From contig CAJJCM010000002.1 in NCBI GenBank assembly GCA_905182635.1, forward strand, positions 1 to 46,651: a stretch of 46,651 nucleotides of DNA, given 5' to 3'. Positions within the stretch are counted from its first letter, which is position 1; every line of letters begins with the position of its first letter. Below are positions 23,214-32,595 of the stretch, piece after piece. The position numbers and the translations under genes were made by a program. Under the pieces are notes generated by a model. It made no database searches, had not been told where the DNA came from, and saw only the letters and a program-made list of their open reading frames with translations. The DNA comes from an uncultured Candidatus Poseidoniales archaeon. Its GTDB lineage: Archaea > Thermoplasmatota > Poseidoniia > Poseidoniales > Poseidoniaceae.

Positions 23214-24908
23214 ATGTCTGAAAAATACGAAACGCACGTTAAATCGATACTCGCAGAATGTCCTGATGCCAATCCGGAGGAAGTATCTGCAGCCTTTGCA
23301 AAATACGAAACAGAATTCTTTATTCCGCCACAAGATGCTATGCGTTCGATTCTTCGACGCTTCAAGGGTGAAACAACACCTACTCCATCAGCAGGGACCT
23401 CTGGTTCATCCTCTTCAGCACCTAAACCCACACGTAAGGTGAGCCGATTAAGCGAATTGAAAGGCGACGACCGAGAAATCGAGATTGAAGTGGAAATTAT
23501 TTCCCACAATATTCGTGACCAAACGATTCGAGGCGAGGAAAAGCAAATCGCCTTTGGACTTCTTGAGGATAACCCTTGGGAAGAGAATGGTGAGAAAAAC
23601 CGTTGGGAATACAAAGATTGGGGCCCGAACTCCAATATTACTCCCGGTTCAGTCGTTCGTATTGAAGGTGCTTCAGTCAATGAATATCAGGGGAAGATGT
23701 CGTTGAACATCAATCAATCCACCCGTATCGCTGTTATTCGTGAAGGAACACGCCCTGTGACCGCCCCTGGCGAGGCTCAAGACATCTCGAGTTTGCCATC
23801 TGAGGGCTATGTCTGCATTGTTGGACGAATTCTTGCCACTCGCCCCGACCAGATTCACCGTAAGGATGGTACGGGCTCAATTGATATCATTCGAGGCCGC
23901 CTCGCAGATGAAACAGGTACTATTGGTTTCCTTTCATGGGAGCCTCTTGAACACGAAGTAGGAACGCTTCTCAAGATTGAAAGTGCACAAGTTCGAACGT
24001 TCCGAGATACACCTGAACTCAACTTCGGGCGGACAACAAAAATCGAAGTCTATCACGATAAGAATTTTGCAAATGTCGACGCACTCTCTGAACAGACCGT
24101 ACTGACTTTATCTGAACTCCGAGACGGAGCACGAGATGTTGACGCAGTCGTTCAAATTACTGAATGGGCAAAACGTTCGTTCACCCGTGATGGTGAAGAG
24201 CGCTTCCTCTGGTCGGGTCAAATCGCTGACCCAACCGGCCGTTGCAGAATGAGTGCATGGAGTGAATTGCCCATTACTGAAGACCAATTGCCGTTAACTG
24301 TTCGTCTCAAAGGCGTACGTGTGCGTGCCTGGCAAGGCATCCCCGATATCACCATTGACACAATCGATCAAGTCGAAATACTCGATGCACCTCCTTGGGA
24401 CAGCGAATTGGATTTGAAAAACCATACCGTTGAAGTCGCTTTGCATGAACTTTCTACCGGTGCAAGCCGAATCGGAATCTCGACCAGTGCAATTGTGGTT
24501 AGTGTTCGAGAAGATTCTGGCTTTATCAAACGGTGCACAGAATGCCGTCGAGTTCTCCGAGAAGGAGCTTGTGCTGATCACGGACCAAACGATGGTAACA
24601 ACGATATACGCCTGCGTTTGGCTATTGATGATGGACGTGCTAGTGTCTCTTTGTTGACGAATAAGGACGCAACATTGAGTCTTCTTGGAATGAATGAATC
24701 CGAACTTCAAGGTGCTATTGACGATGCTGGACAGATTGCTTTTGTTCAGTCCTTGCGTGAAAAGATGCTCGGGCGTAAAATCAATGCTTCAGGCCGTACC
24801 ATTGTCGATGAACAAGGTGCTATGCTGCTCGCAGATGGTGCTTCAATGATTGACGAAGATGCAGGATTACGGGCGACTGAAATCCGTGCTCAATGGAGGG
24901 TTGCTTGA
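23214..24908 (+). CDS. rpa: Replication protein A large subunit (multi-OB-fold ssDNA-binding protein with Zn finger)
   Basis: Repeated OB strands (LADETGTIGFLSW, IADPTGRCRMSAW, IDDGRAS) and CTEC...CADH Zn finger. GGAGGT SD precedes ATG 23214. Confidence 0.88.
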   Translation: MSEKYETHVKSILAECPDANPEEVSAAFAKYETEFFIPPQDAMRSILRRFKGETTPTPSAGTSGSSSSAPKPTRKVSRLSELKGDDREIEIEVEIISHNIRDQTIRGEEKQIAFGLLEDNPWEENGEKNRWEYKDWGPNSNITPGSVVRIEGASVNEYQGKMSLNINQSTRIAVIREGTRPVTAPGEAQDISSLPSEGYVCIVGRILATRPDQIHRKDGTGSIDIIRGRLADETGTIGFLSWEPLEHEVGTLLKIESAQVRTFRDTPELNFGRTTKIEVYHDKNFANVDALSEQTVLTLSELRDGARDVDAVVQITEWAKRSFTRDGEERFLWSGQIADPTGRCRMSAWSELPITEDQLPLTVRLKGVRVRAWQGIPDITIDTIDQVEILDAPPWDSELDLKNHTVEVALHELSTGASRIGISTSAIVVSVREDSGFIKRCTECRRVLREGACADHGPNDGNNDIRLRLAIDDGRASVSLLTNKDATLSLLGMNESELQGAIDDAGQIAFVQSLREKMLGRKINASGRTIVDEQGAMLLADGASMIDEDAGLRATEIRAQWRVA

Positions 24909-25837
24909 TGCAATCTGGAACACGTGCAAAGCGCCAACCTGCTTGGCACATGCTTGCCTCTGAATACAGTGAAGCTACGCTCAATGAGAAAGGCTCAGGT
25001 GAATATGACCCTTCCTTTGTCATCACGAAACTTGGCGCTAAAGTCAACAGAGTGGTCGTAGCGGGACTTTTGGAACGACTTGAAGTTCGAGAGACATCCA
25101 ACGGTTCAACACTCCACCAGGGACAAATGCGTGACCCATCAGGGGTCCATTACTTTTCAGTTGGAGATTATGCAACTGAATCAATGCGTGAACTTACGTT
25201 GGTTTTGGCTAAGAAACTCGAAGCTGGAGAGCCGGTACTTCTCCTCATGGTGGCTAAATCAAAATGGTATCAAACCGATGAAGGAGCAATCTATACTTCA
25301 CTTCGTCCTGAGGAAGCATGTGAGATTGATGCGCAACAGTATGCTCTTTGGCTGACTCGAACCTGTGAAGACACTCTACAGAGAATGAAGCATTTTTCTG
25401 ATTCGTTGTCGGCTGAACCTACACGAGAAGGATTGATTGGCGCAGGAATTCCGGAACACATGGTCGATGGGCTGCTTGTGTCTCGAAATCATTATGGTGA
25501 GATTGATATTGAGAATTATACCCTCAACATCATGCAAGCTTTGGATATTGCTGAAGGACGCATGGAGGCAGCCAGCCAGCCAGTCGCCGCACCTGCTCCA
25601 AATCAAGATGCAGATGCAGGTGAAGTTGCTACAGGTGACGAATCTGAGGTAAAGGAGACGATTATCTCGATTATTGAGCAACTTGACCAAGGCGATGGTG
25701 TCGATTTTGAAACTGTGTTAACCAATACAGTCGCACGTGGATTTGACCGAAGTTTGGCTGAAGATAAACTCGATGAACTCTCAAATGAAGGCACACTCCA
25801 CGAACCAAGATTTGGTTGGTTTAGAATCGTAGCCTGA
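24908..25837 (+). CDS. RPA-associated protein (RPA32-like: OB fold plus C-terminal winged helix)
   Basis: RQPAW...SE, TKLGAKVNRVVVAG, RDPSG, LRPE, C-terminal LHEPRFGWFR. TGATG stop/start coupling with rpa. Confidence 0.82.
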   Translation: MQSGTRAKRQPAWHMLASEYSEATLNEKGSGEYDPSFVITKLGAKVNRVVVAGLLERLEVRETSNGSTLHQGQMRDPSGVHYFSVGDYATESMRELTLVLAKKLEAGEPVLLLMVAKSKWYQTDEGAIYTSLRPEEACEIDAQQYALWLTRTCEDTLQRMKHFSDSLSAEPTREGLIGAGIPEHMVDGLLVSRNHYGEIDIENYTLNIMQALDIAEGRMEAASQPVAAPAPNQDADAGEVATGDESEVKETIISIIEQLDQGDGVDFETVLTNTVARGFDRSLAEDKLDELSNEGTLHEPRFGWFRIVA

Positions 25838-25897
25838 TGATTTTGACCCCCAACATTGAAGTCCTTACCACTGCGTGGGTAGAATAGAGGTCAACAT

Positions 25898-26251
25898 ATG
25901 GCTGGCATAGATTTTTTTATTCGCCCCGCATCAGGAACTACAAGCGCAGATTGGGTGCGTATACCCAATTGTGACATGAAAGTCCGTCTTACACGTCGCC
26001 TTACACGCACAATTATTCGTGGTGAGGAGGGCGACGACCTGCATGATGAAGGTTCCGAATCAGCCGTTTATACCGTTAAAGGAGAAATCGTGCTTGATGA
26101 TTACAAGCGAGTCCTTACCATGTTCCGGTCTGGCCAACCTTACATTCATGATCCATTTGAAGAACGAGATGTCAAAGTAATATTTGCATCGCTGGAATAC
26201 GATGGTTCAAATGAAATGTTCAAATTTGAATTACTCGAAGATATTGTGTGA
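25898..26251 (+). CDS. Small hypothetical protein resembling the DNA-circularization N-terminal / phage tail-hub fold
   Basis: GAGGT SD. Pattern RRL...RG..GDDLHDEG....YTVKG...DDY...G...HDPF...V...F.FEL.E. Ends 9 bp before the next gene. Confidence 0.6.
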   Translation: MAGIDFFIRPASGTTSADWVRIPNCDMKVRLTRRLTRTIIRGEEGDDLHDEGSESAVYTVKGEIVLDDYKRVLTMFRSGQPYIHDPFEERDVKVIFASLEYDGSNEMFKFELLEDIV

Positions 26252-26260
26252 GATGAGATT

Positions 26261-26842
26261 ATGCGAAAATTGGATGAGCAGAGAGAAGTTCTCTATGTCA
26301 TCCGAACATTGGATGTCTTGATGTCCTCAGGGGTTGGTCTTGAAGCAGCGATTCACACCATTGGAAGTGGCGGTTACGGCATCATTTCAGAAGATTTCTC
26401 AGGCATAATGACCCGTTTACAAAAAGGAAGCAGCCGTGGGTTAGGGTCTGAGTTGAAGAGTATGATGAACAAAGCAGGTTCGGAAGGCTACCGCCGACTC
26501 CTCAATACAATGTACACCAACGTCACACAGAACACTGACATCATTGAAACTATTCGAAAGCAAGGCGCACGTATGGAAAATGAACGTTCCGAGTCAGTCA
26601 CAAAATACATTGAAGAACTCGGTTCAGTCCCTGAAACTCTTCTTTCCATTGGTATGATTGGACCGATTATCTTAGCGATTGCCGGACTTATTCCACAGTT
26701 GATGAGCGGTGAGATGGGTGCATTCATGAAATTACCACCGACCGCCACCATCAACATCGTGGTAAATGTCGGACTCGCTTTGACATTGTTTGGGATGTTC
26801 ATGATTGGCTTGAAAGCCCATACGAAGGACCCGGGGTTGTGA
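26261..26842 (+). CDS. Type II secretion F-domain (TadB/TadC/PilC-like) platform protein
   Basis: LMSSGVGLEAAI...YGIISEDF T2SSF pattern followed by two TM helices. Confidence 0.8.
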   Translation: MRKLDEQREVLYVIRTLDVLMSSGVGLEAAIHTIGSGGYGIISEDFSGIMTRLQKGSSRGLGSELKSMMNKAGSEGYRRLLNTMYTNVTQNTDIIETIRKQGARMENERSESVTKYIEELGSVPETLLSIGMIGPIILAIAGLIPQLMSGEMGAFMKLPPTATINIVVNVGLALTLFGMFMIGLKAHTKDPGL

Positions 26843-27579
26843 TTTTCATGATATACGGGTTGATTGAAACATTCAACGAGAATCTCTTGTTGCTGGTGCT
26901 GCTTGTATTCGGTATAGCAAGTGCTGCTGGTGGAGTCCCTCCAATGCTTGAGCGCAAAAGGCGCCGTTCTATAGAAAACACACTCCCCTCTTTACTCGAA
27001 TCCCTCTCGGATTCAGTTGGTGCAGGACGTGGCATTCAAGAAGCGATGATGGAGCAATCCCGAACGCTTCCTGGCGTGCTTGGACAATTACTAAAAGAAA
27101 CTCTTGAAGAAAGCCATTCTTCCTCATTTGATGCTGCACTTGCTGCGTTTGCTGCAAAAACGCGCTCATCACAAGTCCAACGTGTCATGGTCTTGATTGA
27201 GACTGCGATTGAACAAGATGCCCCTCTCCAAGGCATCCTTTCGGATTTAGCAATGGATTACGAACGCTTGAACGATCTAATGAATAAGCGAGAAGAAGAG
27301 TTATTGGGCAAAGGTATACTCATCGTTCTCTTCATCAGCATCGGTTTGCCAGTGCTTATCGCCTTCATCGTTGGATTATTTACACCTGCGAACAAGGGTT
27401 TTCAAATCGATTCATTCAATGTCACCTTTTCACTTTTCTTTGGAGCAGCATCTGCAATTGCTATTGGCGTTTCAGGTCGAATGCTCGGGCGATTTAAAGA
27501 TGCACTTTGGTGGATGCCAGGGTGGGTTGCACTTTCAATGGGCCTCTATCTCGGGGCAGTCATAATGATTGGAGGATGA
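26839..27579 (+). CDS. Type II secretion F-domain (TadB/TadC/PilC-like) platform protein
   Basis: IENTLPSLLESLSDSVGAGRGIQEAM, SFDAALAAFAAKTRS, several TM helices. GTGA overlap with the preceding gene. Confidence 0.85.
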   Translation: MIFMIYGLIETFNENLLLLVLLVFGIASAAGGVPPMLERKRRRSIENTLPSLLESLSDSVGAGRGIQEAMMEQSRTLPGVLGQLLKETLEESHSSSFDAALAAFAAKTRSSQVQRVMVLIETAIEQDAPLQGILSDLAMDYERLNDLMNKREEELLGKGILIVLFISIGLPVLIAFIVGLFTPANKGFQIDSFNVTFSLFFGAASAIAIGVSGRMLGRFKDALWWMPGWVALSMGLYLGAVIMIGG

Positions 27580-27583
27580 AAAA

Positions 27584-28822
27584 ATGAGTGAACTAGTCTT
27601 AGCGCAATACGGTCGAGTAACAATTTATACTGAAGAGAATCATCCATCGCCGATTTATCACGTCGATGGAGCAATTGAACCAAATCCCTATGGAGACCTC
27701 GCGGTTCTTTTGGAAGATGATGCACTTGAAGAAGTGATGTACAATGGTGGAACACAATGTGTGAAAGTCGCCCACCGTGATCATGGTATGTGCCGAACAA
27801 ACCTTTGGGTTGATGACGATTCAGGAATTCAAATTGCCAAGAACATCGCCGCCTTTACCAACGTACCACTTGGTGATGGACCCGGCCTTGTTCCCATCTT
27901 CGATGGACGACTTCCCGATGGTTCCCGTGTCAACGGCACTATTCCACCGGTGACTCCTGATGGCCCTACGCTCACCATCCGTAAATTCAGAGAAGACCCA
28001 TTAACTATGATTGATTTAGTAAAGTTCGGTACGGTCAACTCCCGTCTTGCAGCAATGATGTGGGTCTGGATTGAAGGTCTCGACAGCCGCCCAGCAAACT
28101 TTGTTATTGCTGGTGGAACAGGTTCTGGTAAAACTACCACACTCAATTGTCTCGGGATGTTTATTCCATGGGACCGCCGTTTGCTCACAGTAGAAGATAC
28201 CGCTGAATTGCAAGTCTATCACGACCACTGGCTTCGTATGGAGACTCGCCGACAACGCGCAGATGGAACCCCTGAAGTCGATATGAATGATTGTCTCAAG
28301 TCAAGTCTTCGTATGCGACCTGATCGAATCATTGTAGGAGAAGTTCGTGGACCTGAAGCAGCAACATTGCTTACAGCCATGAACACCGGCCACGATGGTT
28401 CCTTCGGTTCACTGCACGCTAATACGGCTCAGGAAACGGTCACTCGTATGATTAACCCTCCAATGAATGTCCCCCCAATTATGCTCGGCGGACTTGATTT
28501 AATCATCATTCAAGCACGACTCCACGTCAATGGAAAAACGGTTCGTGTCATTACTGAAGTCGCTGAGGTTGCAGGTATGGAGGGTGACAAACCTCGTTTA
28601 AACATCATCTGGAAGTACAATGCTGCCACTGGTCAAATCGAGGAAACTGGAATACCTTCCAAACTTCGCGAAGTAATTTGTTCAGCTGCAGGTATCTCAC
28701 CCGATGTGTTTGAAAAACACGTTGCACAACGTCAAGCGATTATCAAAGACTTGGCACGCCGTGATATTCACGACATCCAAACAGTAACACAAGTTATCCA
28801 AAACTTCTACGCATCGCGTTGA
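27584..28822 (+). CDS. CpaF/TadA/archaeal PilB-family secretion ATPase
   Basis: [59 protein letters not shown]. Confidence 0.95.
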   Translation: MSELVLAQYGRVTIYTEENHPSPIYHVDGAIEPNPYGDLAVLLEDDALEEVMYNGGTQCVKVAHRDHGMCRTNLWVDDDSGIQIAKNIAAFTNVPLGDGPGLVPIFDGRLPDGSRVNGTIPPVTPDGPTLTIRKFREDPLTMIDLVKFGTVNSRLAAMMWVWIEGLDSRPANFVIAGGTGSGKTTTLNCLGMFIPWDRRLLTVEDTAELQVYHDHWLRMETRRQRADGTPEVDMNDCLKSSLRMRPDRIIVGEVRGPEAATLLTAMNTGHDGSFGSLHANTAQETVTRMINPPMNVPPIMLGGLDLIIIQARLHVNGKTVRVITEVAEVAGMEGDKPRLNIIWKYNAATGQIEETGIPSKLREVICSAAGISPDVFEKHVAQRQAIIKDLARRDIHDIQTVTQVIQNFYASR

Positions 28823-28828
28823 AGAGAA

Positions 28829-30703
28829 TTAACCACGTAAGCGGGCGAGTAAGTCATCGATAGCATCGATTTTTCCGCGAGCGGAATTGAGTCGGTCAGA
28901 TGCATCACTGACGGATTCAGCAATGACGATTTCCACATCCGGTTGTTGTTCAGTTTTCGGCTTGAATGCTTCTGCAAGTGCTTTCAGTTCAGTCACAATA
29001 GCGTCGACTTGATTATCTGATATCATGATTCCAGGTGCAATCCGAGGAATTTCCGAAGGGGAAATAAAACCTAATTCAGCGCCAATGATTCCAGCACAAG
29101 CAAGAACCCGTGGTCGTAGGTCAATCGTGTTGACCTCATAGCCTTTCGATTCAAGGAATCGAATCACCAAGGCTTGTTGTGAGTCTGAGAAACTTCCTTC
29201 ACTTGATTCAAGGATAGTTTCCACCAATTCTTCAAACCCAGCAATGTTTCGTTCAAGGCGGTCAACCGTCATTCGTTCAATATCGGTGAAATGAACAGCA
29301 CCATGTTGGAGGACACGAAGAATACGATTACGACGTGCAATCGATGGGTCTTGTAGTGCTTCTTCTTGATGGATTTCTATATGCAGGTCGAAAAGGGCAT
29401 GGAGTCTTCCAGAAATACTTGGGATTCTCAAATCGAGACCCATGTCATGTCCAATTTGTTCAAAAGTCATTCGTGCACGAACTAAATCACCATCCGAAGA
29501 TGCGAGGGTATTATTCAACTGACCGCGGAGCACATCACGAGCGTTTTCAAAATTACGCAGTGCTTCACGCTCTCTCCAAGAGTTTGGCATTGCAAAGACT
29601 GCATCCTTTTCAGTTTGAGATCGGAACTCAAGTTCCATCAAAGTATTACGAATTCCGTCGCTTACCGCAGGGATTTCAACTGCAAAACCATGGCTGGAGA
29701 GGCTGCGGATGAAAGCTTCGAGGTCTTCTCCATCACTGGTGCTGCTCACTGCTAAGAAATCTCTACCTGCTGATTCAATTTCTGCTGCCCGAGCTGTCAA
29801 CTCAAGTAAGACTGCTTCAACTTCGAGGCTATGTTCGACAACCTCTGCAACATGAGCACTTTGAACCATTGCTGGTGTGCTATCAGTGTCGATTTCCCTT
29901 TGTCCTGCTCGAAGAACATCATCGATTGAGGCAGCAAGTGGGGCGCGTGAGATTGGAATGCCTTCTTGAGCAAGTTCAGTTCGCATTTCAGTTTCTTCTT
30001 CGAACGTCCATCCTTCTGGATGTTGAGACACAAATGTCTCGGCCGTTTCGAGTACGACATCCTGTTCATCAATGTGAGTTTGTCCGGGCGATTCATTCTT
30101 AGAATCTTCAGTTGGACTCGGTATTTCAACGGCTGAATCGCCACTTCGTGGCCGACGCAGACTCTTCTTGACTTTACCCCAGCCACCTTGTTGATAGGCC
30201 AAAACGCCCGCGATACGAACAAGTAAAGCCTGTTTATTCCCAGAGAGGGGTAATTCCAATGTCTTACACAATTCATGCAATTCATCGCGAGTCAATGAGT
30301 CCAGTGATTCAGGAACGAATTGTTTTGGGTCGTGATTAAGATGCAGATACAGGCGTTGACGCCGAGCACGAACAGAGCCTGATTTTTTGATACCAAATAT
30401 TCCAAGAATTTCACCGATTTCGGCGTTCATGAGGTTTTTAATTCCATTTGGTGAAAGGTCCCATTCGTCCAATATAAGTTGTTGAATCAATCGTCCTCTG
30501 ACCACTTCAACAGAGCCATTTTTTGGTAAGTTGTAAGTGACCGCTAGCTCTTTGAGTCCATCAAAACGCGCTTGATAGAGTTCGTTCAAGAGTTCGCCTT
30601 TTGCAGTCACAGTCTCACCTACAGTGGAGTTTCGGTTCAAAGGGGTATATGTGTCTTCGCTGTGTTGCGATGCGGAAAAGGGCAATTCTTCGACTGTTTT
30701 CAT
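28829..30703 (-). CDS. Protein with three N-terminal SAP-like motifs and a long acidic helical C-terminal region
   Basis: LKELAVTYNLPKNGSVEVVRGRL, IGEILGIFGIKKSGSVRARRQRL, LTRDELHELCKTLELPLSGNKQALLVRI (best SAP match). GGAGG SD precedes ATG 30703. Confidence 0.75.
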   Translation of the reverse strand: MKTVEELPFSASQHSEDTYTPLNRNSTVGETVTAKGELLNELYQARFDGLKELAVTYNLPKNGSVEVVRGRLIQQLILDEWDLSPNGIKNLMNAEIGEILGIFGIKKSGSVRARRQRLYLHLNHDPKQFVPESLDSLTRDELHELCKTLELPLSGNKQALLVRIAGVLAYQQGGWGKVKKSLRRPRSGDSAVEIPSPTEDSKNESPGQTHIDEQDVVLETAETFVSQHPEGWTFEEETEMRTELAQEGIPISRAPLAASIDDVLRAGQREIDTDSTPAMVQSAHVAEVVEHSLEVEAVLLELTARAAEIESAGRDFLAVSSTSDGEDLEAFIRSLSSHGFAVEIPAVSDGIRNTLMELEFRSQTEKDAVFAMPNSWREREALRNFENARDVLRGQLNNTLASSDGDLVRARMTFEQIGHDMGLDLRIPSISGRLHALFDLHIEIHQEEALQDPSIARRNRILRVLQHGAVHFTDIERMTVDRLERNIAGFEELVETILESSEGSFSDSQQALVIRFLESKGYEVNTIDLRPRVLACAGIIGAELGFISPSEIPRIAPGIMISDNQVDAIVTELKALAEAFKPKTEQQPDVEIVIAESVSDASDRLNSARGKIDAIDDLLARLRG

Positions 30704-30775
30704 CCCTCCATTTGTGTGTAGAGTGTAGATTCTACGGGCAATGGTTTGAAGAGTATGAAGCACTGGAGAGTCGTG

Positions 30776-31357
30776 ATGGCAAGAACTGTGAAGGCTACAA
30801 AACTCGCTCTCAAGGAAGCGAATGGGCTTGTCGAATCCCTACGGGAACTGGTTTGGTCAGATTTGAAAACTCAGTATGCTGGTTTTGAAGAAATACTTCA
30901 TTCACGAACAAGTGATGCTGAAGAAGCAATTCTTGATGCCACCAAAGGAAAGTTGGCAATTATTGCTGGAATTGGCGTGATGCGAACAGAACTCGAACGA
31001 GCTCAACGTCGATTTTCCCGCTCAAATGACCCCAATGAGTTACGAGAACTTTTAGTCGATTTAGGAGGTCGAATCTCCCGTTTGAGAGAAGCCAATGACA
31101 ACATTGTTGAATCGCTTAAATCAGTATTGAACCCAAACTTGTCCGGCGTTGAAATTGTTGAAAAGTTTGCTTCTGACCTTCAACGCTCAGCCGGGACATG
31201 GGAGCGTAACGGCCGCGAAATCGATGAATCGATTCTCGAATTATGCGATGGTAATGAACCGGCTGAACTGGGTGACTTTGAGCAACACATTACCAAACAA
31301 GGGTATGGAGCATTACTCGAACATCCTTCTCATTCCTCTTCTGATGAAGAGGCTTGA
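30776..31357 (+). CDS. Hypothetical alpha-helical/coiled-coil protein
   Basis: Heptad-like charged helical sequence. Divergent from the SAP gene. GGAG SD precedes ATG 30776. Confidence 0.65.
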   Translation: MARTVKATKLALKEANGLVESLRELVWSDLKTQYAGFEEILHSRTSDAEEAILDATKGKLAIIAGIGVMRTELERAQRRFSRSNDPNELRELLVDLGGRISRLREANDNIVESLKSVLNPNLSGVEIVEKFASDLQRSAGTWERNGREIDESILELCDGNEPAELGDFEQHITKQGYGALLEHPSHSSSDEEA

Positions 31358-32517
31358 AGTGAATGGAGATTCAATAAAGCGGGCCTTGCAAGGCTGTATT
31401 CTTCGGGAAGTCCAGGGTATTTCCTCACCATTTCTTCATGTTCAGTTTGCATATTTTCAAGCAGGATTGAAAATTCTTTGAGAACGTTAACCATTCCCAT
31501 GTGGCTTTCTTCAAGTTCGCAAATACGTTCTGCACTTGCAGTTACAGTCCCAGAAAAGTTCAACGTTTCAATTTTTATTTCCAAGCGTGGACTCGTAGAC
31601 AAACCCTTCTTTGGAACTGACCGGGCCCATTTTTCAGCCCCAATTAAACGCTTACCACTTACTTTCCCTTGAGTAAGCGTTGAGTCAAGTAATGAATCAT
31701 TGGTGAAGTCGTCATTCGAGCGCTGTGCTTCGTTGAGAATCGTCTTAAATTTACGCTGTTCGACAAAGATGCCAACAATTGGATGAATTTCTTCAGGCAA
31801 CGAGTCAAGTAAGGCCCCTTCGATTCTATGAGCGAGGTATGCACTTGGATCGAACATCGGCAGAACAATCGCACTCGGGAATCCCGTACGGCTGACCAGT
31901 AAAGTGAATCCATACAATGGTGGTGGGATGAAATGGGTGCGTTCAGGGTTTTCACGTTGCAGGCCAAGTGTATGACGGCGTGATTTGAACTTCAATGCCG
32001 AATGTTCACCTCGTGAGACGATGAATCCTTCCAATAATTGATCTTGGCGACATTCTTCAATCCAATGGATTCTATCTTCTTCATCTAAATTGAGATACGC
32101 ATCAAGTTTGCCAATACGGTCAGCAAATTGTTCACTCGTCAGTAGGATGAGGTCGTTACGAAGACGGCGCATTTGCCGTCGAAGCAGTTCATTGTCACAG
32201 ACGACTAAGGCCTGTGAACACAAATATTCTGGTTTGTCACCAGAGACGAGGACCCATGTTGGTTCTCGGCGTGGTAGGATTCCAACGATCGATAATCCCT
32301 CAACATCGAGGTTTCTCCAATCCAAGGCACTCATTGCTACAAGGTCGCCAGTACCCTTTTGGAGAGTTTCAATTGCTGATTCAATATGGGGGAGTTGGAC
32401 CAATTTGAAATCAAATTCCTTGCGGTTTTGTTCGATGGTTCGTTCAATTTGAAGACGTACACCATCACGGCGTGATGCAGTGGTTAGGACTTCAAGTCGA
32501 ACCTTCTCTGTCAACAC
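31330..32517 (-). CDS. Divergent porphobilinogen deaminase (HemC)-like protein
   Basis: DLVAMSALDW resembles DLAVHSLKD, GLSIVGILPRREP resembles GL...REDP, and LLRRQMRRLRNDL resembles SLRR..QL...RPDL. The GGC cofactor motif is absent. Start at GTG 32517 or TTG 32514 after GAGGTGA. Confidence 0.65.
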   Translation of the reverse strand: MLTEKVRLEVLTTASRRDGVRLQIERTIEQNRKEFDFKLVQLPHIESAIETLQKGTGDLVAMSALDWRNLDVEGLSIVGILPRREPTWVLVSGDKPEYLCSQALVVCDNELLRRQMRRLRNDLILLTSEQFADRIGKLDAYLNLDEEDRIHWIEECRQDQLLEGFIVSRGEHSALKFKSRRHTLGLQRENPERTHFIPPPLYGFTLLVSRTGFPSAIVLPMFDPSAYLAHRIEGALLDSLPEEIHPIVGIFVEQRKFKTILNEAQRSNDDFTNDSLLDSTLTQGKVSGKRLIGAEKWARSVPKKGLSTSPRLEIKIETLNFSGTVTASAERICELEESHMGMVNVLKEFSILLENMQTEHEEMVRKYPGLPEEYSLARPALLNLHSLQASSSEEE

Positions 32518-32595
32518 ATCACCTCGGCGAGGATGAATCCTCACATTACAAGGCCGGAGACTACGGGTTAAGAAGGACACCCCTGTAGGAGAGTC

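Noticed and set aside
25898-26251. Prophage or contractile injection system
   Set aside because: No sheath, baseplate wedge, terminase, capsid or integrase genes occur nearby. Only one possible tail-fold gene is present.
26261-28822. Archaellum (arlI/arlJ) locus
   Set aside because: No arlH or archaellin is adjacent, the platform is split into two small T2SSF genes, and the ATPase is short.
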